A stretch of DNA of 64,000 bases from Octopus sinensis (lineage: Eukaryota): NCBI RefSeq assembly GCF_006345805.1, contig NC_043006.1, positions 10,230,001 to 10,294,000 of the forward strand. The letters are read 5' to 3'. The first letter of the stretch is position 1. Every line of letters begins with the position of its first letter. The notes under the pieces were generated by a model, which worked only from the letters and a program-made list of their open reading frames with translations, was not told where the DNA came from and ran no database searches. The position numbers and the translations under genes are program-made. Positions 28,662 to 41,668 of the stretch are shown here, piece by piece.

Positions 28662-30065
28662 GTGTGTATGTATAAATTATTTAAATTATTAGAAATTTCT
28701 TCATAACGATTAAACTAATTCTAAGTTCTAGCATTAACCTCTCTCTTATGACCAACTGCTAATTCACATTCGTATTCTTTCATATTAATCCATTATATAT
28801 GTTGTATTCATTATGGTAAATAGCTGACTCCTGTTTGAAGAGGCACCGTTTGTACTAGAAATATTTATTGCCTACTTGAATAAGAATAATATATATATTT
28901 ATTTTAACCTAGTTTTCCATTCGGTTTTTCAAACTAATTTTTTTATAAACAAAGATTGACAAAATTAAATTTCAAATATTTCACCTCCTCCCATACGTCA
29001 ACTTGTGGAATCGTTTTACCGTGTGCCACCTATTCTCCAAAAACAATCGATGGGTTTGTTATGCTGTGCTCTTTCTATCACTGGTGCACTACTGCATTTT
29101 TTCAGTAGTGATAATAAGGTACCTGGCTGTAAGTTTAAATAAACCAATACTGTAGATGTGAGTAAGATAGGTTCCTGTCATTTTGGACATCTTTAATTAT
29201 GTAATTGATGGCTTCAATAGGCGGTGAGGAAATTAATGATATTTCGACTTGGCAAAGCACCAAAACATACTTATAGTTTGTTTACGCCGTCTACAAGTTA
29301 TTTCCATTAAAATTATATAAACATAACATACCTTGTCTAAAAGTAATTACCGGGTTTCTCTTCCGGGAAATTCTAGTACGATGTTGAATTCTAATTCATC
29401 GTACTTTCCTTTTTGCCATTATCTCACGTACAGGTTACAAAAACGAAATGAAACTTATGTTAAAACTTCATAAAGCGTAAACTCATTCTAATGACACTAC
29501 AATGTATTTTGAATAATTTTAATAAGTGTCTTCATTAAAACTTCAAATGAGGTGTTTTTGATTAAACGTTATGTACTTAAAGACTGACAATCAAAAGAGT
29601 AAACAAAACAGTTTGTGAATAATTAAGTCGAAAATCATTAAGAGATCGCATTTATCAAATGAGAGATCAATATTGAACTATTTTTAAAATTATGTTTGAC
29701 TTTATGAATTATGACGAGATTTATGTATAAAGGTTAGTATAATCAGGTAAAACATAAGTGTCAACGGGTTTGGAAAATATATTCTATTAAAATTCTTGTT
29801 AACTCTTAAATTCAATTTCAACATTTTCCTAAATTGTAACAAATAACTGTTTCCTAAAATATTTCATTCTCAGTTAAGATAAAACTGCTTTTCCATAAAA
29901 ATAATATTTAGACGGCAAATATTATTCGGAAAAATCTATTCAAACAATTTTCTAAATATTATATATACATGTGTGTATGTATGTTATTGTGCGTTAGTGT
30001 ATTTGTGTGTGTGTGACATCTATATGATTATATACGTGTCTGTATTTGTATATATATATGTGTGG

Positions 30066-30120
<55 letters not shown>

Positions 30121-30497
30121 TTTTTTTTTTTTTTTAATTTTCTCCTGGTTTACAGAATTAATGTTATTTTGCGGTTGAAGCTTTTTGGCTGTTATTTCTA
30201 GTGGGTGAATGGCCTATTATGGCCGTTCCTTGATTGTGATATTGAACTTAAAAATGGTTTATGACTATTTAATTTTTTCCCACTAGGCCGCTGGGGGCAA
30301 AAGAATCTACAAAATTTTTTTGCCTCCCTATATTGATTAAATGAATTTTCTGGTTAGTTCCGTAATGGAATCGGCGGCTTATATTTATTTGCTGCCGATA
30401 AATTTGGCGCGAGTGCGACGATTTGAAAATTTTAGGTCAGATATTGGCGAGGCATGGACGTGAATGCCTCGTGAAAAATATCTGTTCCGATTTGGCT

Positions 30498-30604
30498 ATT
30501 CCTTACTGATGAATCTAAGGGCCTATGGTAGATTGGCTTGATTTAATTTAACCAGGTTAGTTTACCATTAAACAGTAGACGAAACGGTGCATCGTATAAG
30601 GAAT
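30498..30604 (+). ncRNA. Type I hammerhead ribozyme (predicted cleavage after GUA, 30596)
   Basis: Stem I attcctta/taaggaat; core CTGATGA; stem II atcta/tagac; GAAA 30581-30584; stem III ACGG-TGCA-TCGT. Confidence 0.85.
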
Positions 30605-30990
30605 TTCAGGGTAATGTTTTTTTTAATTTTCTCCTGGTTTAATAGAATTAATGTTATTTTGCGGTTGAAGCTTTTTGGCTGTTATTTCTAGTGGGTGAAT
30701 GGCCTATTATGGCCGTTCCTTGATTGTGATATTGAACTTAAAAATGGTTTATGACTATTTAATTTTTTCCCACTAGGCCGCTGGGGGCAAAAGAATTCTA
30801 CAAAATTTTTTTGCCTCCCTATATTGATTAATTATGAATTTTCTGGTTAGTTCCGTAATGGAATCGGCGGCTTATATTTATTTGCTGCCGATAAATTTGG
30901 CGCGAGTGCGACGATTTGAAAATTTTAGGTCAGATATTGGCGAGGCATGGACGTGAATGCCTCGTGAAAAATATCTGTTCCGATTTGGCT

Positions 30991-31095
30991 ATTCCTTACT
31001 GATGAATCTAAGGGCCTATGGTAGATTGGCTTGATTAATTTAACCAGGTTAGTTTACATTAAACAGTAGACGAAACGGTGCATCGTATAAGGAAT
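30991..31095 (+). ncRNA. Type I hammerhead ribozyme (predicted cleavage after GUA, 31087)
   Basis: Same core and stems as 30498-30604, with two 1-nt deletions inside the stem II insert. Confidence 0.85.
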
Positions 31096-31312
31096 TTCAG
31101 GGTAAATGTTTTTTTTAATTTTCTCCTGGTTTACAGAATTAATGTTATTTTGCGGTTGAAGCTTTTGGCTGTTATTTCTAGTGGGTGAATGGCCTATTAT
31201 GGCCGTTCCTTGATTGTGATATTGAACTTAAAAATGGTTTATGACTATTTATTTTTTCCCACTAGGCGCTGGGGCAAAAGAATTCTAAAAAATTTTTTGC
31301 CTCCCTATATTA

Positions 31313-31357
<45 letters not shown>

Positions 31358-31374
31358 ATATATATATAGGCATA

Positions 31375-31437
<63 letters not shown>

Positions 31438-31527
31438 CATAGACAGGTATGCAAAGAATAGAAAGAGAACGGTAGATAAAGGGGCGAGTGTATTTTGGTA
31501 GGTTTATTTTACAACATGACACGCATC

Positions 31528-31585
31528 TCTTTCGCCAGCTTCATCTTTCGCCAGCTTCATCTTTCGCCAGCTTCATCTTTCACCA
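31528..31585. repeat. 16-bp minisatellite (tctttcgccagcttca) x ~3.5
   Basis: Read directly from the sequence. Confidence 0.85.
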
Positions 31586-33114
31586 CCTTTATAAGGTTTA
31601 CTCTTTCTGTTGCAACTTGAAAAAAAAAAGCTTCTCTGAAATTGTAGTTCCTTTTTAGTTTAGCAATAATTTAATAGAAGCGAGAAATTCTTATATATAT
31701 AAGGTTTCTCTTCCCCCTGTAAACAAAATATATATAAACGAGTTTGCACGAACCTTAATTCTCACACCTTTCGCTTTTGAATCAAACCGAATACAGATTT
31801 TTTCATATATAAATCGAAGTCTTTGCATTTAATCATTTACGTTATTATTTGAGGAAATACAACTGAAGAAAAAAAAATTTGGTTTTTCTAAGTGTTCTCT
31901 TTTATCTCAGACAATTTTCCTAATATATTACGACCAAACTTTACTCTTTGTGGCGCTCTCGCTCTGAGGTTTAACTTTGATATAAATGTATGAGAGTAGA
32001 CACTTTATCTTGTTTATTCTGCTGTTGTTATTGTAATTGTTGATATATTGTTGTTGTAATGAGTTACTTCTTTTATTCCGTTTAGAAGGTCTCTACATTT
32101 CTTTAATTCACTTTCAAAGATTTATGACGTTAATTTTACGATTTCCATATTCATTATTTATTTTCTTTAACTTCATTATATTTATTACTGCCATTCGCTG
32201 TTTATTTCTCTTTTATATATTTTTTCATCAGCGGTGGTCGATATAAAGCCTATGTATACACTTGCAAGGTTTCTTTGGTGTTCCGCTTGATGTTGCTAGA
32301 TGTCAGAACAACAGCTAAAGATACAGTTTCACTATCTGGATGACGGTCCCCGTTTCCATAATTACTACTAAAAGTCACCATTCCGATATGATTGCCGTCC
32401 AACGACTCTATGCCATTGTGTTGTTGTATCCCACATACATCTACTTTGTGTAGCAGTGACATATCAATTATATCATCTGTTCTTATACGCTTTCGTATAT
32501 CTTTATTTCCTTAAATATTATATAAAGCATTCATCTCCCCATTTTCTGTTTTCCTCTCAATCATTGCGCTCAGAATCATGCTGCTATGCATTGCTTTAAG
32601 ATATTTCTTTTGAGGTAGATTTTTTTTTTTATTAAAGATAACTTAATAATTTGTCAGGAATTACATTCTCCAAATTACAAAGTTTATTTCGAAGTAGATT
32701 TAATTCGAAACATACTCTTGCTTGTTTCAACAAGGGACACAGCTAACATTAAACTGTTTTTTCTATATTTACTTTAGTCATTTTCCGTCATAGTTATTTT
32801 TTTCCTTCGATAGGCAAGATATATTTATCATATAAATTTTTATCTTGTTTTATTTAGTTCAGCTCCGCTGTAACCAGTTTTGGTATCAACTCATAATTCA
32901 ATATATTTATACGTTTATTGTTTCATTCTTATTCATTTTCATTTATTAGGTCTCGCTTGCGACACATTTATCAAGAAGATTCTCACATAGTTAGAATATG
33001 TTGTACATTGCTTTATTAATTTTTATTTATTTCTTCTCCTAGTTTGAAGACAAGTTTTAGGTCTTTTGGTTGATATCGTTGTACTCCTCTCCTTACCACT
33101 CTATTTGGCAGCAA

Positions 33115-33202
<88 letters not shown>

Positions 33203-33214
33203 TTATTTATTTAT

Positions 33215-33745
33215 AGAGTATCAAAAGGTTATCCGTATTGTTCTGTAACGTGCCCAGCGGATGGCAGCACTTAGTTGCGTGCACCGTGAGAGCTAGCAGT
33301 GACCTTCATGAGTCCGTTTGCCGTGTGACATTGCTGTGTTTACCTCGTAAATTATAAAATTTGTGTTTTAGGGATCATTTGTATACTGTAGTCTGCGATT
33401 TTTGTAATAGACAGTAAGTTGGAACAAAGGCTCAACATGAAATTTTGCGTTAAAAACATATTGAGCAAGGCTACGGCGACGAGACAAAAGGTTGAATGCA
33501 ATATTTCGAGTGCGACGGGTACTTCAAAACGCATGAGAATGCTGCACCTATATCAAGAGCATTCTCATCGTGCTTTTCGACATCTGCGGTATCTTGCATC
33601 GGGAATTCGTTCCTCAAGGACTGACTTTCAATCGAGATTTCTACCGGGACGTTTTTAAGCGTTTGAGGGACTGCATTCGTCGAAAGTGACCGGTTATGTG
33701 GGGCGCGAAAAAGGGATTTTTCAAGACGACAATGCATCCTGTCAC
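33215..33745 (+). mobile_element. Internally deleted mariner relic
   Basis: EQRLNMKFCVK N-terminus joined to LIVLFDICGILHREFVPQG..FYRDVFKRLRDCIRRK..FQDDNASCH. Confidence 0.8.
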
Positions 33746-34311
33746 CTGTTGATTAATAATGTATACAAAGACATTAGGATAAAGATCACTCTTCGGTTAT
33801 ACCTGTTTTAGTAGCTACAAACTTCCCAAAGTATTTTCACTCTTTTGGCAAGTATGGGCGTCACTAGATGGAATAAATTGGGAGCAAAATTATGAGCCTG
33901 GTATGTTTGAAATCTCTTTTACCTTATGGTATATATTTCGAATATTATATCTTTCTTCCTAATATCTCCTTATTGTAATTTACTCGACATTTCTTGCATC
34001 AAATCTAGGAAGATATATGGTTGTAAATCCACCTCTCTCAATCACAGTAAAGATCATGTTACATCTTTTCATATGTTTGAGTAAATATCTCAGTTCACAG
34101 TTGGCGATCTCAATTACTGGTATATTATAGACAGCTTCCCATTGATTCTGGTTCGGTTGATTTTCGGTTCCTGTAAAATCTCTCATTCTTAAGATTTTAT
34201 CCTGATCCTAAATTTCTTAGCCATTCTTGTCAGGTAGCCAAATAATTTTTTTCTGCAATCGACATTCTTTTGACATATTTCTAAGTTTAGCTAATCTACA
34301 ATTGTTTTTTG

Positions 34312-34369
<58 letters not shown>

Positions 34370-36419
34370 CCTTCTATTATTCTCATTATATTTGTTACAT
34401 TTTCTAAATTTTTACATATTCTATGTTACCCACAGCGATAAAGTTTTGAAACATGAATATTTTGTTTTGTGCTGTCAGTTAACTGCGACAGAGGTTCCTT
34501 CCGATTCTATCATGCTATTTCCATTGAAAACGTTTAGAAAACGACATCCATGTACCTGCGGTAGCTCCTTAAGTCTTCCACTTTACCATGTGATTTGAGA
34601 AATCGATTGAACAGCTTTACTCGGAAATCCATTCATGTCATTCCGGATTTGTCAGGTAATGCCCATATGGTTTGGTTTTCAGAAGGAAGATTTATTCACT
34701 CAAATTGAATAACGATCCACTGTTAAGATTCAGCCTAAAATTAACATGGTTTACAACCTAAAAATGTAATTCAAATGTTACATTTCGTTTGAGCCACTTG
34801 CGTGAATTTATTTAAAATAAAAAAGCAAGCTATATTTCAATTCATGGTATGCTCTCTGTCATAAAAGAAGCAGATTTGTGTTCAACGCAAGTAATTACTT
34901 TTCCGGACTGAAATACGAATATTTACTAAAATTAATGTAGATTTTCTAAATAAAACTTATAAAAATTATTATATCGTATTGCACATTCTATGTTCTTACA
35001 TATTTTTGCTTTCTACTCTACAGTAGCCATAAATTCTACATGAATACAAATCAAATGTTTGAAGAAATGCATTCTTTCTTTAAAGAACGGCCATGTAATC
35101 ACTGTTAAAGAATAATGAGAGACGATAGAATAATTTGGGTGGTGTGTTGCACCTAATACTCCGCTGATAATTGTTATGACTATCACTTTCATACAAGGCC
35201 TTCAAGCCTTTCTGCCATTTCTGCTTTGGTATATTTCGAGATCTTTTAATTCAGGGCCTTTCGTGGCATATGTTTACTCTATGTTTCAAGTATTGCATTC
35301 ATATTTACTGAAAACATACCGGTGTTAATTGGAACAAAGATTTTAATGTCTTCACTGACATTCGCTTTCAGCCGCGCCTCCATAGCCTGCTACAATATGA
35401 TAAATACTTTCGAATCGCTGATTATATAAGCGGTAATTTTATTTGCCAAATTGAAATAACCATCCTTACTAAATTAGAATTCAGAGCTTGACTGTAAGTG
35501 ATTATAAGTAACCACTACCACTGGTAATCATGCGTTGTAACTTTAAAGTCACGATTGATCTTGTTTTTCGTTTTCCAATGAGTCTACTTCCGATATTTAA
35601 TGTGGCTCTTTTAAGATATCCTCGTCTAAAGCCTTCCCTCATCCCACTCTCCCTCATTTTATCATACTCCAAGATATCCAGGAATTATTGTTATTATTAT
35701 TAATATCAATAACTTTAATACGCCAATTTGCTTTTGTACGTACCTGACGCGTGTGTCACGCTTAAGAGAAAGAATTTTTGAAAGGAATTTTCTTGCTTAA
35801 ATAAAAATTTTAACTAGATCTCTTGTAATTTCTGAAAGAGATCTGAAGCCACCACTTATGTGTTAATGTGTTATATTACTACTTCCCATCACCCATGCCT
35901 ACTGGGCCACCGAAGCAGCAACGATCTTAAAGATAAACTTAGTGAAACTTAAACTTGACACGAGTGTCGGGCAAGGGAGAGAGGAAGTAAGAGAGAAAGA
36001 GAGAGAGTGAGACAGAAAAGAGAGTCAAAGAGAAATAGAGTGAGTGAGAGGGAAATATAGAGAATGAAAGAGAAATAGAGAGAGAGATATGAAGGCATAA
36101 AGCTGTCTTTTGATGTGGGTGATTACTTGAATTCCTTTTTACGGTTGAACTGAAATTGACCCCCGGCTATTAAAGGCCCAACCACACACACACATTCATT
36201 CATACACACACACTCATACGCACACATACACACATACGTTTATTTTAGGTCTTCTACCCATTTGAATTTGGCCATACACCAGAAAACATGGTAAGTCGCT
36301 TGTTTTCGAAATTTGAATTTTGAATTTGTTTTAATTATAAAAATACATCTCAGCTAAAAAATATATATTTTGGTTTTCGAATACAAACTATTCTTCCTCT
36401 TTCTATATTTTTTGCTAAG

Positions 36420-36900
36420 TTACAATTTCTGTTTTGGTCAGGATTATTCCAATTTCATTTTATATCTTGTATCAAGTAATGGACGAAAGCATTTAAAACA
36501 AAAATAAAATTTTCAGAGACGAACAAAACTCAAAAACATTAATTCTGTTTCTTTCCCTTTCCTTAATACTAACAAAAATGACAGACAATTGTTTGTTGTT
36601 TCTAGAAAATTGAACAAGCACAGAGAGTTGTTCGATTCGCTCATTTGTTGATAAGTAAAGAAAGCTAAAAGACGCACGCACACATATATTTGAATGTGTG
36701 TGTCTGTGCGTTAAGTGTCGCGTGATAGAAATAAACGCAACTTTCTATATTTTTTAATTTAGAATTTCTCCGTTTTGGCCAGAATTTTTCCAATTTCATT
36801 TTTCTTGTGTCAAGCAATTGACGAAAGCATTTAAAAAATTCAATTCATAGAGCCGAACAAAGTAAAAAATATGAATTCTTTTTTTCCTTTTACTTTTTAA
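36420..36900. repeat. Two diverged ~140-bp direct repeats (36420-36560 and 36762-36900) upstream of the Helitron fragment
   Basis: Shared aatttct..ttttgg..ccaatttcatttt..tcaag.aat.gacgaaagcattta. Confidence 0.65.
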
Positions 36901-37079
36901 TTTCCTACAATATAATTAATTACCGTAGCCTATATACTGTGTCCTTGCATATTAGGTGAGGATTTCAGAAAAATGTTCACATATTAAACAAAAACAGTCT
37001 AATAAATTCGTATATTTTATTCAATTAAAATTCTCTGAATAATTTCGGACATTTATTGTCTTAATAACAAGTTTTAAAA

Positions 37080-37800
37080 TATGGATAATCGCATGAGGGA
37101 CGAAACACGAGAGCGTCAGCGTTGAAGGAAAGAACGGTTGCTCGAAGAACAGCGGCAGGGAATAAGGAATCAAACTCGCGCGAGGATGAGAGAGAGAAAA
37201 AACAAAATAAGCCAAGAAGAGAGGGAGCGTATCCTACGGCATAGGAGGGAAAGAAATCAACAAAGGATAGAGCAAATGAATCAGAACCAAAGAAAAGTAT
37301 TTTCAAAATAAGAGAGATAGAGATCAACAGAATCGAGAACTCACGAGTCAAGAACAAAGGCAGTTGTACTTAGAAAATATGAGAAAAACAGTTAAAGAAT
37401 GAAGGGAACATATGGACGATGATGAAAGGTGGAATTACCTTCAAGATATGAGAGAGTTCGAGAAAGAAGGGAAAATATGGAAGAAGAAGAAACACAGAAT
37501 TATCTTATGACAGAGCTCAAACAAGAAAACGGAATATAATAAAAGAACAACAAAATACTCAATTTACGATTGGTGAGAAGAACGTAGGAAGCCCGCAGTG
37601 TCATGCACGTAGATTTCTGCAGTAAGCATTTAAGTGTTGCCATAAGGTTTCCTTGCCTAATCTACAAGAATATCCTATCCAATTAAAACATTTGGAGAAT
37701 ACCGTCATTGAAAGAATGAACTTTAGACAGAACATCAGAAACTATAGCTCATTTACCTCATTTTGAGCCAATGTTGCACAGCCCCTGGTCGTGATCCTGT
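37080..37800 (+). mobile_element. Helitron Rep/Helicase N-terminal fragment
   Basis: R/E/Q-rich coiled-coil repeats, then IGEKNV..C..KCCHKVSLPNLQEYP and NFRQNIRNY..SF*AN (cf. Helitron CCxxGKVxLPxL..P and FRxNIRxYNSAFAFASxGA). Interrupted by a SINE. Confidence 0.7.
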
Positions 37801-37803
37801 TGC

Positions 37804-38377
37804 AATATACTTTTTCTACTATAGGCACAAGGCCTGAATTTTTTTGTTGGGTGGAGGAGGCCATTCGATTACATCGACCCCAGTATGCAACAGGTACGTA
37901 ACTTGTCAACCCCCAAAGGATGAAAGGCAAAGTCGACCTCGGCAGAATTTGGTCTCATAACGTAAAGACAGACGACATACTTTTCTACTCTAGGCACAAG
38001 GCCCGAAATATTTGGAGAGGAGGCACTCGATTATATCGACCCCAGTACGCAACTGACACTTAATTTATTGACCCCGAAAGGATAAAAGGTAAAGTCAACC
38101 TGTGGAGGGAATTTGAACTCAGAACTTAAAGACAGACGAAATACCTATTTCTTTACTGCCCACAACGGGCTACACACAAAGGGGACAAACAAGGACAGAC
38201 AAACGGATTAAGTCGATTGCATCGACCCAGTGCGTAACTGGTACTTATTTAATCGACCCCGAAAGGATGAAAGGCAAAGTCGACCTCGGTGGAATTTGAA
38301 CTCAGAACGTAACGGCAGACGAAATACTGGTAAGCATTTCGCCCGGCGTGCTAACGATTCTGCTAGCTCGCCGCCTT
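37804..38377 (-). mobile_element. SINE family 1, three-module composite
   Basis: Reverse complement of the aaggcggcgagctagcagaatcgttagcacgccgggcg head; core cccgaaaggatgaaaggcaaagtcgacc repeated. Confidence 0.85.
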
Positions 38378-38750
38378 TAACTGTCACAACACAGAAATAT
38401 TTCACATGACACCAGCACACAATTTACAAATGCTTCATTTTTTTATATTTTCCGTGAAATTTCCACAGATCTAGCTAGTTAATATTATTATATAGATGGA
38501 TGAATAAAATGACAAGGGAATTTCACATTTACACAAAACTATTTGATTAAATTTCCTTTTCTTTTTTTGCTCTTTTCTAATTTTTTCCATCTTTTTTCTT
38601 TTTGCCATTTGTAAACTTGAAAATTGAAAATGTTGCCCTCGTTCAATTTTAAATTTCTATGTATCACTTTTTATTTTGAACTCGACAAAGGTAAGCTTTC
38701 GAAATATCGTTCAATCCCATAAAATATCTATAGTAATCGACTATTGTTAT

Positions 38751-39128
38751 TAGCTGGCAGAATCGGTAGCACGTCAGGTCGAATGCTTAGCGGCTTTTTG
38801 TTCTGAGTTCAAATTCCTGCCGAGGTCGACTTTGCCTTTCGGGGAGGATTAAATAAGTACCAGCTACGTACTTAAGTCGATATAATCCACTTAATCCGTT
38901 TGTCTGTCCTTGTTTGTCCTCTCTGTGTTTAGCCCATTGTGGGTAGTAAAGAAATAGGCATTTCGTTTGTCTGTACATTCTGAGTTCAAATTCCGCCGAG
39001 TTCGACTTTGCCTTTCACAGTTCAGGGTTGCTAAATACAGTAGCAGAGAAAAACTAGCGTCGATGTAATCGACCAGTCCTCTCCCCAAAATTTCAGGCCT
39101 AGTGCTTTTAGTAGAAAGGATTATTATT
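38751..39128 (+). mobile_element. SINE family 1, two-module copy
   Basis: Same head and core; tattattatt tail. Confidence 0.8.
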
Positions 39129-39199
39129 GTTTGAGTAATGTAACGTGCATGGAATGGCACAACAATGCAGAGTGGATTATAATAACTGTTATAAAATAT

Positions 39200-39348
39200 T
39201 TGTGGTAAGTAGATTGTTTACCAACCACATGGTTCCGGGTTCAGTCCCACTGCGCGGCACCTTGGGCAAGTGTCTTCTACTATAGCCTCGGGCCCACCAA
39301 TGCCTTGTGAGTGGATTTGGTAGACAGAAACTGAAAAGAAGCCCGTCG

Positions 39349-39385
<37 letters not shown>

Positions 39386-39616
39386 GCGTGTGTGTGTTTT
39401 GTGTCTGTGTTTGTTCATCTAGCATTGCTTGACAACCGATGCTGGTGTGTTTATGTCCCCGTTTTACTAAGTGGTTCGGAAAAAAGAGACCGATAGAATA
39501 AGTACTGGGCTTACAAAGAATAAGTTCCGGGATCAATTTGCTCGACTAAAGGCGGTACTCCAGCATGGTCGCAGTCAAATGACTTAAACAAGTAAAAGAG
39601 TAAAAGAGTAAAGAGT
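39200..39616 (+). mobile_element. SINE family 3 (CORE-like domain, internal microsatellite)
   Basis: ggttccgggttcagtccc B box, ccttgggcaagtg CORE-like motif, internal (TA)/(TG) tract, gtaaaaga tail repeats. 3' parts also at 47250-47410 and 61385-61560. Confidence 0.75.
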
Positions 39617-39696
39617 AATATAATATTTCGGAATATTAAAAAAATCCTTCTTCAGATATTGCTAGGAATTAATGGAGTCACTATTATAATCGATTT

Positions 39697-40720
39697 TCCA
39701 ACGGTTCCTGAAATTTGTTGGAAGCCTCTCTGCAATGGTCACGCGAAGCCGCTTCTGGAATTCTTCATGAGAATTACATGAGGGCAGTAATGTCTCGAGC
39801 TCGTGTGTGTTGGTATATCCACAGCACTACTTCCAAGTTATGTATTATACGTTCATTTCTTTTTTACATGAGCATTTTACCGTTGTGCGCGCAGTGTCGA
39901 TGTTGTTAAGTAATATAGTGATGCTAATGTGCAGCCTGTTGTTCATTTGGGGCACTAGTCTGTCTATGAGTATAGCCTTCCTAATTGTTAAATTTCCTAA
40001 ATTTCTGTCATTGCCCCCAATTGTGACTGCTTTGGTTTTGTCTGTAGTATTGTGTGTGTCGAGGTGTTTACTGAATGAGTAGGTTCGCGTGCTTAGATGC
40101 TCTTTGATGTGAATGTGTAATGGTCTTGTTGTGCTACTCACATAAATATTGTTGCATTTTTTACAATGTATTCTCTACGCAACATTTACCTGTTGGCATA
40201 AATCTGTGTCGTGGATGGGGCAGTTAGCTAGTGTGCATTGATTGCTGTCCCTTGCTCGTTTCTTTGCTAGGTGTCATCTCAGAGACCGGGCGGAGTGTTA
40301 CTTGAGATTTTAGCCAAGCTGTTAAATTCAAATTAAAGGAGAAGTGATGTCCTCACGCACTTCTCATGAGGAATTCCGTAAGGGCATTCGCATGACCACT
40401 GCAGAGACGCTTCCGACAAATTTCAGTAACCGTTGGACTTTTATTGGATTTTCCCCTAACAACTGATGATAATAGTAAACAAGGACACCAGATATGATAA
40501 CAGAGACAAAAATGTTAATAGAGTGAATAATAAAAAAATTGAGAAAACAGAAAAATATAACTACATAGTCAGGCAAGTGAAGGTATTATTGGAGAAAAAA
40601 CTGGTAAACGTTCTACTGGTCAGTGGCCCACTTGGGAAAACATCCGAACTAATATCTGTCAAACTATTGCTGTTGCGCCTGGCGTTATATCTGTGCCTAT
40701 TGATTTATTTGTTTAATTAT
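39697..40720 (-). mobile_element. Penelope-like element 3' end: GIY-YIG endonuclease with an inverted terminal (pLTR-type) segment
   Basis: RIHCKKCNNIYVSSTTRPLHIHIKEHL..NLTIRKAILI..PQMN; 39697-39771 is inverted at 40363-40437. Confidence 0.8.
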
Positions 40721-41356
40721 TCTGTTGTATAACTTACATAAATCAAGTTGCGTTTGGTGCATTATGCTGCGTACACGAAATGCGGATCTCCACACATCCC
40801 ACTTTTCGTGTAAAACATAGCATTTCTATGTTTCCTAATGGAATTGACTTGACTCATGTGTTTGCACAATGAACAAAGGGTGCGGTTGTTGTTTTTGTTA
40901 TTATTATTATTATTGAGAGCGCAATGCATGCCAACAAAGTGATACTGGGGTATAAATATACGAAGCACAATATGCACCTCATGACTTCTTGTCTGATAAG
41001 GGTACACAAGGCCCATGCATCCCAACCATGTGTGCGCAACATGGGGATCTCCTATCGAGATAAACAGGACATAACATTGCAAGTGGAAAATTCCTTCGAG
41101 TATCCCATGCCACTGATATCTTTGAATGAGGGTTGCTTAAGGATGTTGAACACGACAACGGTTTCCAGAATTGAATTGTTCAAACTCCAAAGAAGTCCTT
41201 TGAATATATTGCTATGATGCTACCCCACTACTCCTGCTCATGGTCAGAGATGCACATATCGCCAACCACTAAGGGTCATGCTCACCCGATAAAAGTGAAG
41301 TAACTAACAAGCAAATCTGTTGTATTGAGCAGAATATTTGCTGAAACCATCTTTTT

Positions 41357-41357
41357 A

Positions 41358-41389
<32 letters not shown>

Positions 41390-41407
41390 CATTATTATTA
41401 TTATTAA

Positions 41408-41440
<33 letters not shown>

Positions 41441-41442
41441 TG

Positions 41443-41485
<43 letters not shown>

Positions 41486-41512
41486 TAGTAGTAGTAGTTG
41501 TTGTTGTAGTAT
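41357..41512. repeat. Compound (ATT)n/(AGT)n trinucleotide microsatellite
   Basis: Read directly from the sequence; produces the spurious poly-I/poly-S and poly-L ORFs. Confidence 0.95.
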
Positions 41513-41668
41513 TAAGCTGTTACTATTTATTAAGTACATTGTCCTGATGTTGGGTGATAAGGAGGTTGTGAGACATCAAAAATATTTCTTGGAATTTTTT
41601 GCAGAACGGAGGAGGATACTTTCCGCAGGCTGACAATGCGTGTCCAATATAAATATCATTAAATATCA

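Larger units (their letters stand above)
30120..31320 (+). mobile_element. Retrozyme-like tandem array, locus 2: ~2.4 units of ~491 nt
   Basis: Unit starts near 30135, 30625 and 31117; predicted cleavage sites at 30596 and 31087 are 491 nt apart; (TA)n on both flanks. Confidence 0.85.

Noticed and set aside
30120-31320. Helentron/Helitron-derived satellite or CRISPR-like array as the explanation for the 491-nt repeat
   Set aside because: There is no repeat-spacer structure. A 3' hairpin exists, but the complete covarying hammerhead favours a retrozyme. A Helentron link is not fully excluded.
40760-41080. Possible R4/Dong LINE 3' end with (AAT)n tail
   Set aside because: No diagnostic motif could be read.
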